Shown here one piece after another: positions 11,010 to 20,859 of a DNA stretch of 64,000 nt; position 1 is the stretch's first letter, and each line of letters begins with the position of its first letter. The notes below the pieces were generated by a model. That model ran no database searches. It saw nothing but the letters and a program-made list of their open reading frames with translations, and was not told the origin of the DNA. This DNA is from Clostridia bacterium (GTDB lineage Bacteria > Bacillota > Clostridia > TANB77 > CAG-508), in contig JAZRRK010000055.1 of NCBI GenBank assembly GCA_045650705.1, positions 13,842 through 77,841 on the forward strand. Reading direction: 5' to 3'. The translations under genes and the position numbers were made by a program.

Positions 11010-11906
11010 TTATTTATCTTTTACAATTTCTTTTAAAGAACCTAAACTTGCAAGAGTATTTGTTGCTTCAAAAGGAATAAATACTTTATTTGCATCACCT
11101 TTAGCAATTTCTTGTAAAGCTTCTAATGATTTTAATTGAATTAATTTATCATCAGGATTTGCTTTCTTAATAGAATCGAAAATCATTTGGATTTCTTGAG
11201 CTTTTGCTACAGCAACTTCTCTTATAGCTTCAGCTTCACCGGCAGCTTTTCTAATTTGAGCTTCTTTATCAGCTTCTGCTTGTAATATAGCTGCTTCTTT
11301 TTGACCTTCTGCTATTGTAATAGCAGCTTGTTTTTCTCCTTCAGCTTGTAGGATTGCTGCTCTTTTATTTCTTTCAGCATTCATTTGTTTTTCCATTGCA
11401 TCACGAATATCTGATGGTGGATTAATATCTTTTATTTCAACTCTATTTACTTTACAACCCCATTTATCAGTTGCTTCATCTAATAATACTCTTAATTGAT
11501 TATTAATTAGATCTCTTGAACTGAAAGTAGAGTCTAAACTCATTTTACCAACTATATCACGGATTGTAGTAATTGCTAAGTATTCAATACCTCTTTTTAA
11601 AGATTGAATTTCGTATACTGCTTTTGCTGGATCAGTAATTTGATAAAATACTACAGTATCAATTGTGATTGTAACATTATCTTCTGTAATTACACCCTGT
11701 GGTGGGATATCCATTGTTTGTTCTTTTAAACTTACAACACTTCTAACCTTATCAACAAAAGGAATAATAATTGTAAGTCCTGCATCTGCGATTTTGTGGA
11801 ATTTACCAAGTCTTTCAATAATATAGACCTCGGCTTGCCTAACTATTTTAATTGATGAAATTGCTATAATTAAAACTATAACTAAAAATATAATTAAAAA
11901 TGGCAT
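11010..11906 (-). CDS. SPFH/Band-7 (stomatin-like) protein
   Basis: N-terminal TM, SPFH core (VQAEVYIIERLGKF), Ala/Glu-rich coiled tail; follows nfeD. Confidence 0.85.
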   Translation of the reverse strand: MPFLIIFLVIVLIIAISSIKIVRQAEVYIIERLGKFHKIADAGLTIIIPFVDKVRSVVSLKEQTMDIPPQGVITEDNVTITIDTVVFYQITDPAKAVYEIQSLKRGIEYLAITTIRDIVGKMSLDSTFSSRDLINNQLRVLLDEATDKWGCKVNRVEIKDINPPSDIRDAMEKQMNAERNKRAAILQAEGEKQAAITIAEGQKEAAILQAEADKEAQIRKAAGEAEAIREVAVAKAQEIQMIFDSIKKANPDDKLIQLKSLEALQEIAKGDANKVFIPFEATNTLASLGSLKEIVKDK

Positions 11907-11952
11907 AATTTACCTCCTAAAAAAATTTTATATTAAAAAAACTAATAACAAA

Positions 11953-12399
11953 TTAAATATTAACATTAACTTTTGAATCATTTTTGGATTTTACAATAAG
12001 TTTAACACCATCTATTTTCAAAATTTCAACATTTGTACCTGATACAATATTTTCTTCAGATTTAGCAGACCAAATTTCTCCATTTACTTTAACCTGCCCA
12101 ATACCATTAATAGAATCAATATCCTTAATAACAACTCCTGTTTTTCCAATGATACTGTAAGCATTAGTTACTATTGATTTATTGGTATCAACATATTTAG
12201 AAATAAGAGGTTTTGTTAAAAATATAAGTACAACTGAAGAGATAACAAACACAGCAGTTTGGATAAATAGATTATCGATAATAAAACTTGTAATCATTGC
12301 TAAAATACTGCCAATACCTAACCAAAAGATTAGAAATCCAGTAGTCATAATTTCAACAACAAAAAATATTCCAGCTGCAATCAACCATAAATACCACAT
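11953..12399 (-). CDS. NfeD-family membrane protein
   Basis: TM helices plus C-terminal OB-like domain (GQVKVNGEIWSAKS); operon partner of the SPFH gene. Confidence 0.8.
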   Translation of the reverse strand: MWYLWLIAAGIFFVVEIMTTGFLIFWLGIGSILAMITSFIIDNLFIQTAVFVISSVVLIFLTKPLISKYVDTNKSIVTNAYSIIGKTGVVIKDIDSINGIGQVKVNGEIWSAKSEENIVSGTNVEILKIDGVKLIVKSKNDSKVNVNI

Positions 12400-12459
12400 A
12401 GTAACCTCCTAAAAATATATTACCATTAATATTATACTATAGAATTATAAAAAAATAAA

Positions 12460-12498
12460 GTAAAAAGGCAAAAATTATGTTAATTTTTACCTTTTTAC
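12460..12498 (-). terminator. Long hairpin terminator downstream of the XRE gene
   Basis: GTAAAAAGGCAAAAATTA / TTAATTTTTACCTTTTTAC. Confidence 0.55.
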
Positions 12499-12501
12499 TT
12501 A

Positions 12502-12825
12502 CTAATCTTCTACAATTACTTTTGCGATTTTATATATTAAGTCTATTTTTTCTGCTGGACAATTTTTTAATAAAGAATTAAATGCTCCAGACATATAAGA
12601 TGGAGATTCAGAGTAAGAACCATTTAGAATTTCTCCTTCAGGTACTTCTAAAATAGAACAAATTTCAGATAGTCTTTTTAAATTAATCGCTGTTGAGCCA
12701 CGTTCAATTCTACTAATATAAGCAACAGATACTTCCATCTTTTCTGCTAATTTTTCTTGTGTGATTTTTTTATTAATTCTTGCTTGCTTTAATCTAATTC
12801 CAATAATACTATAATTAAGCGACAT
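12502..12825 (-). CDS. XRE-family HTH transcriptional regulator
   Basis: ITQEKLAEKMEVSVAYISRIERG HTH motif. Confidence 0.8.
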   Translation of the reverse strand: MSLNYSIIGIRLKQARINKKITQEKLAEKMEVSVAYISRIERGSTAINLKRLSEICSILEVPEGEILNGSYSESPSYMSGAFNSLLKNCPAEKIDLIYKIAKVIVED

Positions 12826-13031
12826 ATAAAACCTCCTTTTTTTTTGAATATAGCATTACAAAGTAAAAATTTACAGAAACAAACAAGTAAATGTTTACTG
12901 TAATAAGAATATGATATGTAAAAAGCAAGTAAGACATACATTTTTGATAAAATATTGTTACGATTTTTTCTTGACTATTTTCGACTTTTGATATATTATA
13001 ATGAAATCAAAAAGTAAAAGGAGATAACACA

Positions 13032-16000
13032 ATGTATTTAAAGAGATTAGAAATGCAAGGGTTTAAGTCATTTGCAGATAAAACTGTATTAGAATTTATG
13101 CCAGGAATTACAACAGTTATAGGACCAAATGGTTCAGGAAAGAGTAATATTTCAGATAGTATTAGATGGGTTTTAGGAGAGCAAAGTATAAAATCTTTAA
13201 GAGGTAGTAAATCAGAAGATATAATTTTCGCAGGAACACAAAACAGAAAATCACTTGGATTTGCAGAAGCATCTATTGTAATAGATAATACAGATGGAAG
13301 GCTTCCTATAGAATATGCAGAAGTAGTAGTTACAAGAAGATTATTTAGGAATGGAGAAAGTGGATATTTTATAAACAAAACACCATGTAGATTAAAAGAT
13401 GTTCTAGAACTATTTATGGATACAGGAATTGGAAAAGATGGATATTCAATAATAGGGCAAGGAAAGATAGATGAAATATTAAGCAATAAATCAGAAGAAA
13501 GACGTAATGTATTTGAAGAAGCGGCAGGTATTGTTAAATATAGAGCAAGAAAAAATGAGGCAGAGAAGAAATTAGAACAAACAAAAATTAATTTATTTAG
13601 AATAAATGATATCCTATCAGAAATTGAATCAAATATTGGAACATTAAAATCACAATCTGAAAAAGCAAAAACATATTTAAGTTTAAGGGAAGAATTGAAA
13701 TCAATAGAAATAGGATTGTTTATATATAACATAAATACATATAAAGCAAAATTAGAAGAATTAATACAAGATATAGATACAATAAAAAATCAACAAACAG
13801 ACGAGGAGGCTAAGTTATCTGTATTACAGAATTTAAAAGAAAATTTAAAAAATGAATTAGAGGAAATAATATTAAAAATAGAAGAGACTCAAAATTTAGG
13901 ATTTGAGAGTGAAAAAAAGATAGAACAAATAAACTCAGAGATAAATGTTGCAAATGAAAGAATATCAAATAATACACAAAATTATGAAAGAAGTTTAAAA
14001 GAAATAGAAGAATTAGAAAAAAGAAACATAGAAATAGAAGAAGAGAAACAAAATAGAATACAAAAAAAGGATAACTTAACAGCAAATAAAGAAAAGTTCG
14101 TAAAAGAATTAGAAGAGAAAGAAAAAGCATTAAAAGATTTATCAGAAAAGCTTACAGAAGAAGAAAAACAGAATGAGGAGAAAAAAAGACAAGTAGAAGA
14201 AAATACAGAAACAAAATATAAATATAAAGAAGAAATAAATACTACTGAAATTAATAATGAAAACTTGAAGAAAAGACAGGGAACTGTAAAAAATGAAATT
14301 CAAGATATAATATCTAACTTAGATGAAAAAAGAATGATAAAATCTGATCTTCTAAAAACATTTAATGATAAAGAAACAAAAAGAAATGAATGTAAAAAAA
14401 GGTTAGAAGAGATAAACGTAAAGAAAGAACAATCAAACAATAAAATAAAAGAATATGAAGATAAAATAAATAATTTATTATCTACTTTAAGAATAAAAGA
14501 CTCAAAACAAAAATTCCTAATTGAGATGGAGAAAGAAAAAGAGGGATATTCTAGAGCAGTAAAGAGTATATTAACAGAATGTGAGAAAAATAGTAAACTA
14601 AATAAAGGGGTAAAAGGCGTTTTAGCAAATCTTATATCAGTTGAGGAAGAATATAAAACAGCAATAGAGATTGTACTTGGAGCTACTTTGCAAAATATAG
14701 TTACAGAGACAGAAGAAGATGCTAAAAAATTAATAGAATATTTAAGAGAAAATAATTTAGGAAGAGCATCTTTTTTACCTATATCTTCTGTAAAAGGTAA
14801 AAAAATAGATAGGCTAATAAAAAATAATCTTGAGGGTGTAATAGGAATAGCTTCTAATCTAGTAAAAGTAGATAAAAAGTATGAACAAATAATTGAAAAT
14901 TTATTAGGTAGAACTGTAATTGTAAAAGATATGGATACAGCAATAATACTTGCAAGACAAAATAGTTATGGCTTTAAAATTGTTACATTAAAGGGTGACT
15001 TAATAAATCCAAGTGGAGCTATTTCAGGAGGCTCAATTGCACAAAAAACTACAAGTATAATAGGAAGAACATCTCAGATAGAGGAACTAAAAAAAGAGAT
15101 AATAGAGCTTGAACAAAAAATAGAAAAAGTACAAAACGAGAAAAAGGAATATGAAGACTCAATAGAAAACTTACTAGAAGAAGTTGAAGCAATAGAGAGA
15201 ATATCACAAGAAATAGAAATAGAATACGCAACAGAAAAGCAAAGAATAGAATCATTAGAAGAGACTATATCTAATTTAGAATCAAAGCTAGAAAAACTTA
15301 GAATAGAAACAACAGAGATAGAGCAGAATATAGAAAACAATTCAAGCAAAAAAATAGAGACAGAACAAAAGATAATAGAATTAGAAGAAAAAACTAATTC
15401 ATTAAATGTGCAAATACAAGCTTTTGCAGAAAAGAATAAAGAAAACCAAAAATATATAGATGATTTAAATTTCGATATAACAAATTTAAAAATATCTGTA
15501 AGTTCTTTTGATGAAAGTAGTAATTCTTTAGAGGAAATATTAAATAGAATAGATGCAGAATTAAAGAATAATTTATTAAAAATAGAAAACAAGAAGAAAC
15601 AAAATCAAGATACTATAGAAGAAAATGAAAGTTTAAAACAATTAATTTTAACCTCAAAAGATAATATAAACAAAATAAAAGAACAAGTAAATTCAAGTTC
15701 TGACATAGTAGAAAAATTAAAAGAATCAAAAGTTAATAAAAATTCAGAAATATCAAAAACAGAAAAAGATATTGAGTCTCAATATTCAATAATTGAAGAA
15801 ATAAAAAATCAGTCTAATAAATTAGAGGTTAAAAAATCAAAAATTGATATGGAATTAGAGCAAATTATCAATAAAATGTGGGAAGACTACGAGATAACTC
15901 CAAATAATGCAGGCGATTATAAAAAACCTAATAATATTCAGGAAACAACAAAACAAGTAAAAACATTAAGAGATAAGATTAAAGAACTTGGAAGCATAAA

Positions 16001-16580
16001 TATTGATTCAATTGAAGAATATAAACAAACAAAAGAAAGATATGACTTTATGTGCGAACAGCGTTTAGATTTAGAAAATTCTAGCAACAAGTTGAAAAAA
16101 GTAATTCAAGATATGACAAAAACAATGAAGGAACAATTTAGCCAGCAATTTAAAATAATAAATAAAAACTTTGGAGAAGTATTTAAAGAATTATTTGATG
16201 GTGGAAAGGCAGAGTTAAAACTAACAGATGAAGAAGATATACTAAATTGTGGAATAGAAATAGAAGTTCAGCCACCAGGGAAAAAACTACAGAACATGAG
16301 TTTATTATCAGGTGGAGAAAGAGCATTTACAGCAATAGCATTATTATTTGCAATATTAAAAATAAATCCAGCACCATTCTGTGTATTAGATGAAATAGAA
16401 GCAGCACTAGATGATGTAAATGTATATAGATTTGCGGATTACTTGAAAAACTTTACAAAAACAACTCAATTCTTAGTAATAACACATAGAAAAGGGACAA
16501 TGGAAGCGGCAGATACAGTATATGGTATAACAATGGAGGAAAGCGGAATAAGTAAATTATTGTCAATGAAATTAAAATAA
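13032..16580 (+). CDS. smc: Chromosome partition protein SMC
   Basis: Walker A GPNGSGKSN, long coiled coils, hinge, signature LSGGE, Walker B VLDEIEAALD. Confidence 0.95.
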   Translation: MYLKRLEMQGFKSFADKTVLEFMPGITTVIGPNGSGKSNISDSIRWVLGEQSIKSLRGSKSEDIIFAGTQNRKSLGFAEASIVIDNTDGRLPIEYAEVVVTRRLFRNGESGYFINKTPCRLKDVLELFMDTGIGKDGYSIIGQGKIDEILSNKSEERRNVFEEAAGIVKYRARKNEAEKKLEQTKINLFRINDILSEIESNIGTLKSQSEKAKTYLSLREELKSIEIGLFIYNINTYKAKLEELIQDIDTIKNQQTDEEAKLSVLQNLKENLKNELEEIILKIEETQNLGFESEKKIEQINSEINVANERISNNTQNYERSLKEIEELEKRNIEIEEEKQNRIQKKDNLTANKEKFVKELEEKEKALKDLSEKLTEEEKQNEEKKRQVEENTETKYKYKEEINTTEINNENLKKRQGTVKNEIQDIISNLDEKRMIKSDLLKTFNDKETKRNECKKRLEEINVKKEQSNNKIKEYEDKINNLLSTLRIKDSKQKFLIEMEKEKEGYSRAVKSILTECEKNSKLNKGVKGVLANLISVEEEYKTAIEIVLGATLQNIVTETEEDAKKLIEYLRENNLGRASFLPISSVKGKKIDRLIKNNLEGVIGIASNLVKVDKKYEQIIENLLGRTVIVKDMDTAIILARQNSYGFKIVTLKGDLINPSGAISGGSIAQKTTSIIGRTSQIEELKKEIIELEQKIEKVQNEKKEYEDSIENLLEEVEAIERISQEIEIEYATEKQRIESLEETISNLESKLEKLRIETTEIEQNIENNSSKKIETEQKIIELEEKTNSLNVQIQAFAEKNKENQKYIDDLNFDITNLKISVSSFDESSNSLEEILNRIDAELKNNLLKIENKKKQNQDTIEENESLKQLILTSKDNINKIKEQVNSSSDIVEKLKESKVNKNSEISKTEKDIESQYSIIEEIKNQSNKLEVKKSKIDMELEQIINKMWEDYEITPNNAGDYKKPNNIQETTKQVKTLRDKIKELGSINIDSIEEYKQTKERYDFMCEQRLDLENSSNKLKKVIQDMTKTMKEQFSQQFKIINKNFGEVFKELFDGGKAELKLTDEEDILNCGIEIEVQPPGKKLQNMSLLSGGERAFTAIALLFAILKINPAPFCVLDEIEAALDDVNVYRFADYLKNFTKTTQFLVITHRKGTMEAADTVYGITMEESGISKLLSMKLK

Positions 16581-16602
16581 AGTTAAGAATTAATGTGAAA
16601 AT

Positions 16603-16630
16603 AGGCAGAGATTAAATCTCTGCCTAAAAA
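16603..16630. terminator. Bidirectional terminator
   Basis: GGCAGAGAT-TAA-ATCTCTGCC plus A/T runs. Confidence 0.7.
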
Positions 16631-16634
16631 AATA

Positions 16635-17370
16635 TTAAACTTCAAATTCAATATATAAAAGGGAATGGTCAGATAAATCTGTTTCAATAGTTTCAAATTT
16701 ATGTAATTTTAGCCCATTTGAATAGAAACACGTATCAATACAACCACTACTTTCTTTAGAAAACCAGGTTGGCTCTGAATTATCCAAATGATGAAATTTT
16801 TTCTTTAAAATTTCATATTCTTCATAAGAATCTTTTTCTTTAAAAATATATTTGTGATTTCCTATTTTGGAAATACCTACATTAAAATCTCCAGCAATTA
16901 TAATACCTTCAGATTTAGCAATATTTGAAGTTATACGAAGCAAAGCTTTACTAGCTAAGATTCTTTCTTCTTCAAATACTGAAAGATGAACAGAAAATAA
17001 ATTTAACTTTACAGTTCCAAAAGAAATTTTATTACATAAAAATCCTCTTTGTTCATGCTCAGGAGATGTTGTAGGAGATAAATAATTAGCAGAGTATTCA
17101 ATAGGAAAACGAGATAAAATTCCATCACCATAGAATCCATTTTTATATTTAATATTAGTTCCCATAGAGCGGTATTGCAAACCAGTATATTTGCTAAAAG
17201 TATATATTTGATTTTTATTATAAGCGCGCTTAGTATATAAATCTATTTCTTGTAAGAAGATAATATCTGGTCGATATTTTTTTAAGAAAGTTGCCTGCCT
17301 GCGAACATCAATTCTTCCATCTAGGCCTTCTCCGATGACACATATTAAAAGATATAGCCTTTAATATCAT
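16635..17370 (-). CDS. Endonuclease/exonuclease/phosphatase (EEP) family hydrolase; frame broken at CGG_A (17334-17331, minus strand)
   Basis: ATG 17370 gives MILKAISFNMCH. Skipping C17334 continues GEGLDGRIDVRRQATFLKKYRPDIIFLQEIDLY into ORF 16635-17180. C-terminal SDHS motif. Confidence 0.75.
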
Positions 17371-17453
17371 AATAATCACACTCCATTACAATTATATCAA
17401 ACAATAAACAAAAAATACAATAAAATTTGTAAAAAGTTGTTAAGAATTAAATT

Positions 17454-17611
17454 AGATATAAATAATATAGATTTTAATTCCGGTCTCCAGCCGCGGTATA
17501 TTGAATACAAAATCTAATTTGATGGCTACGATAATGACTATTTATATAATAATTGCACGCCTCCGGCTACTCAAAGGTCGACCTCATTTGCAATCTATAT
17601 TATTTATATCT
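17454..17611. repeat. MITE-like 158-bp element with perfect 20-bp terminal inverted repeats
   Basis: AGATATAAATAATATAGATT (17454-17473) is the exact reverse complement of 17592-17611. The GC-rich interior contains ATGGCTACGA and ACGCCTCCGG. Confidence 0.7.
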
Positions 17612-17645
17612 AGTCAGTAATATTATAAAAAATTAAAGAAAATAA

Positions 17646-17684
17646 AAACTTTTGTTTGACAAACAAAAAAATATATGATAATAT
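17646..17684 (+). promoter_or_regulatory. lexA promoter with overlapping candidate SOS (Cheo-like) box
   Basis: AAAC-TTTT-GTTT palindrome 17646-17657 overlaps TTGACA 17656-17661; 17-nt spacer; TG-extended TAATAT 17679-17684. Confidence 0.5.
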
Positions 17685-17700
17685 ATAAAAAATATTTTTA

Positions 17701-18369
17701 ATGGAGATGATTTTAGTGAGAAAAAAAGATCCTAATGAATTAAACAAACGAGAGAGGGCAATATTAAAATATATTGAAAAACAAATACAAGATAATGGAT
17801 ATCCACCATCAGTAAGAGAGATAGGAAAGGGTGTTGGATTAAGTTCTACAGCAACAGTCCATACGTATATTACAGGGTTACAAAAAAAAGGATATATTAA
17901 AAAAGAGGATCAAAAAGGAAGAACTTTAAAATTATTAAAGGGTGGACTAGAAGGACAACAAAAAATACAAGATAAACCAGTATATAGTGGAAAAGAATTA
18001 GTAGATGTACCTGTTATAGGAAAAATAACAGCAGGTGAACCAATTTTAGCAGTAGAGAATGTTACAGACACATTTCCAATTCCAATTGATTTTGTTGGAA
18101 ATGATGAGAGTTTTATGCTTACTGTTAGAGGAGAAAGCATGATAGAAGCAGGTATTTTAGACGGAGATTACATTTTAGTAAGAAAACAGGATATAGCAAG
18201 AAATGGAGAAATTGTAGTTGCATTAATAGGAGACGAAGCAACAGTATAAACTTACTATAAAGAAAAAGACCATATTAGACTACAACCAGAAAATCATACA
18301 ATGGATCCAATAATAGTTCCAAACTGTAGAATACTTGGAAAAGTTTCTGGTGTATTTAGAAAGATGTAA
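17701..18369 (+). pseudogene. lexA: LexA repressor interrupted by an in-frame TAA (18247-18249) at the catalytic Lys position
   Basis: wHTH N-domain, AG cleavage site (ITAGEPI), Ser motif RGESM, then [24 protein letters not shown]...GVFRKM continues in the same frame. Confidence 0.85.
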
Positions 18370-18414
18370 TATAATTTATACTAAATTGGATATACTAACT
18401 TTGGGGTGTAGCAT

Positions 18415-18579
18415 ATGCAAAAAGATAAAAAAATTTCAAAAAAAGAAGATACAACGAAGTATGGAGAATTTGTATGTTCTGCATATCATTGGTTACCATT
18501 AGAGAAGCAAAAAGAACAAGTAAAAAATATGGAGAATATGACAAAAAAAGAAAACAATAATAGGTCAAAGGATATTTAA
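18415..18579 (+). CDS. Small hypothetical ORF (54 aa), absent from the ORF track
   Basis: GGGGTG SD 6 nt upstream of the ATG; followed by hairpin AGGTCAAAG..CTTTGACCT 18562-18590. Confidence 0.3.
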   Translation: MQKDKKISKKEDTTKYGEFVCSAYHWLPLEKQKEQVKNMENMTKKENNNRSKDI

Positions 18580-18611
18580 CTTTGACCTATCTTTTAGTTT
18601 GTGGGTAAAAA

Positions 18612-18640
18612 TTGACTAATTTACATAAGTATGTTATAAT
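18612..18640 (+). promoter_or_regulatory. Near-consensus sigma-A promoter of the atypical ORF
   Basis: TTGACT, 17 nt, TG-extended TATAAT; flanked by inverted GACTAAT / ATTAGTC. Confidence 0.6.
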
Positions 18641-18707
18641 GTTAACGATTAGTCATTTAATGCCCGAGGAAATGTACTAATGAAAATAAAACAAAGGAGA
18701 AAAAACT

Positions 18708-19136
18708 ATGATTAAAGAAAAGTTCTTGAATCTGGTCGAAGAAGTGTTGGAAACTGGTGTTACCACGAAACTTTGCAACTGCACAACTGCAGATGAAATG
18801 CAGGGTGTATGCGATGAATTTATTTATGAGAATAGAGAAATCATAGATAAAATTTCAGCTTGGGAACATCAGGCGTTTGTTAAAATGGAAGGCCTTTTTT
18901 GTAGAAAAGACTTCCTTTTTAAGGAAAGAGAAGAAGTCGAAAATCCTATAGCAGTGGTTATAGTGATTTATTTTCTTCCTTCACTAAGCGAGAAGGAAAT
19001 CTTTGAAACTTGGGAAGACTTATATTGTGCTCTTCACAAGTTGAACGAAGAATTTGCCTCTGCTATTGCAGATATAGCATGGGGAAAATATATCAAAGAT
19101 ATTACAATCAAGGATATCTTTGAGTACATTAAGTAA
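18708..19136 (+). CDS. Hypothetical protein in a compositionally atypical (visibly more GC-rich) islet
   Basis: 142 aa, AGGAG SD, own promoter and terminator; no family recognised. Confidence 0.55.
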   Translation: MIKEKFLNLVEEVLETGVTTKLCNCTTADEMQGVCDEFIYENREIIDKISAWEHQAFVKMEGLFCRKDFLFKEREEVENPIAVVIVIYFLPSLSEKEIFETWEDLYCALHKLNEEFASAIADIAWGKYIKDITIKDIFEYIK

Positions 19137-19148
19137 ATCTATCGGGCT

Positions 19149-19179
19149 ATCCCCTCTCAAAATAGAGAGGGGATTTTTA
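19149..19179 (+). terminator. Rho-independent terminator
   Basis: ATCCCCTCTC / GAGAGGGGAT stem plus T-run. Confidence 0.8.
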
Positions 19180-19274
19180 AAATAAATTAAAAAAGTGTAA
19201 TAATAATTACTTTTCAATAATATACATTTATTAAAGTTTAGTACAAACGTTAATTATGGGAGGTAATTATTTTT

Positions 19275-20753
19275 ATGGAGAATTTAGAGATATATGAGGA
19301 TATTAGAGCTAGAACAGATGGAGATATATATGTTGGTGTAGTTGGACCAGTAAGAACAGGAAAATCCACTTTCATAAAAAATTTTATGGACTTGTTAGTT
19401 ATACCAAATATTCAAAATACTTATAAAAAAGAAAGAGCAAGAGATGAGCTTCCGCAAAGTGCTGCTGGAAGAACGATAATGACAACTGAGCCAAAATTTG
19501 TACCAAATGAGGCAATTGAAATTACAATAGGAGATAACTTAAAATTAAAAACTAGATTAGTAGATTGTGTAGGGTACTTAGTTAATAATGCATTAGGATA
19601 CATGGAAGAAGATGTACCAAGAATGGTAAAGACACCATGGGCAGATGAAGAAATGCCTTTTGAAGAAGCTGCAGAAATTGGAACAAGAAAGGTTATAGCA
19701 GAACATTCTACAATAGGAATACTAGTTACAACAGATGGAAGTATAACAGAGATTCCAAGAGAAGACTACATAGAAGCAGAAACAAGAGTAGTTAATGAGT
19801 TAAAAGCGCTAAATAAACCATTTGTAATGGTATTAAATACAAGTAATCCATATTCAAATGAAACACAAATGTTAGCAAAAGATTTAGAAGAAAGATATGG
19901 TGTATCTGTAATACCAACGGATTGTACCAATTTGAATATAGAAGATATAAATAATATATTTGGAAGAATTTTATATGAATTTCCAATAGAAAGAATAAAT
20001 ATAAATCTTCCAGGTTGGATAGATGGTTTAGACTACGAACACAGCTTAAAGCAAGAACTTTATAAAGAAATAAAAGAAGCATTTAGAGATATAAAAACAG
20101 TAAAGAGAATAAATGATGGTATCGAAAGAATAAAACAAACAGAAATAATTGTAAAGACTACAATTGATAATATAGATTTAGGAACTGGAAGTGTAACAGT
20201 AGAAATAAGTTTAAATAACACATTGTTCTATAAGATATTAACTGAAATGACAGGAATAGAAATGAACAATGAAGCCGATTTATTTACAACAATAAATAAT
20301 TTGTCAAGGATAAAGAAAGAATATGATAAAGTAGATATGGCTTTACAAGAAGTAAAACAAAAGGGATATGGAATAGTAACTCCAACAATGGAAGAGCTAA
20401 TACTAGAAGAACCAGAAATAGTAAAACAGGGTTCAAGATTTGGAGTAAAATTAAAAGCAAAAGCACCATCTATACATATGATAAGAGCTGATATAGAAAC
20501 AGAAGTATCTCCTATAGTAGGAAGTGAAAAACAATCAGAGGAACTTGTAAACTATTTATTATCAGAATTTGAGAATGATCCTATAAAAATATGGGAATCA
20601 AATATATTTGGCAAAAATTTGCATGAATTAGTAAATGAGGGGTTACAAAATAAGCTATATAGAATGCCAGAAGATGCACAAGGTAAATTGCAAGAAACAC
20701 TAGAGAGAATAGTAAATGAGGGAAGCGGAGGATTAATCTGCATAATATTATAA
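19275..20753 (+). CDS. spoIVA: Stage IV sporulation protein A (spore coat basement-layer ATPase)
   Basis: Walker A GPVRTGKST; 492 aa; conserved C-terminus NEGSGGLICIIL. Confidence 0.95.
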   Translation: MENLEIYEDIRARTDGDIYVGVVGPVRTGKSTFIKNFMDLLVIPNIQNTYKKERARDELPQSAAGRTIMTTEPKFVPNEAIEITIGDNLKLKTRLVDCVGYLVNNALGYMEEDVPRMVKTPWADEEMPFEEAAEIGTRKVIAEHSTIGILVTTDGSITEIPREDYIEAETRVVNELKALNKPFVMVLNTSNPYSNETQMLAKDLEERYGVSVIPTDCTNLNIEDINNIFGRILYEFPIERININLPGWIDGLDYEHSLKQELYKEIKEAFRDIKTVKRINDGIERIKQTEIIVKTTIDNIDLGTGSVTVEISLNNTLFYKILTEMTGIEMNNEADLFTTINNLSRIKKEYDKVDMALQEVKQKGYGIVTPTMEELILEEPEIVKQGSRFGVKLKAKAPSIHMIRADIETEVSPIVGSEKQSEELVNYLLSEFENDPIKIWESNIFGKNLHELVNEGLQNKLYRMPEDAQGKLQETLERIVNEGSGGLICIIL

Positions 20754-20859
20754 GATTGTAGGGATATAAATCAAAAAATTATATCCCTATAATTATAATA
20801 AAATATGCATATAACATAAAATGTTTTAATACACTTATAAAAGATAAAGGAGAAAGTAT

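Noticed and set aside
18247-18260. Frameshift (CGG_A-like or prfB-like) explanation for the lexA interruption
   Set aside because: The LexA sequence continues in the same frame right after TAA. The +1 and -1 readings give unrelated sequence. There is no CGG nearby.
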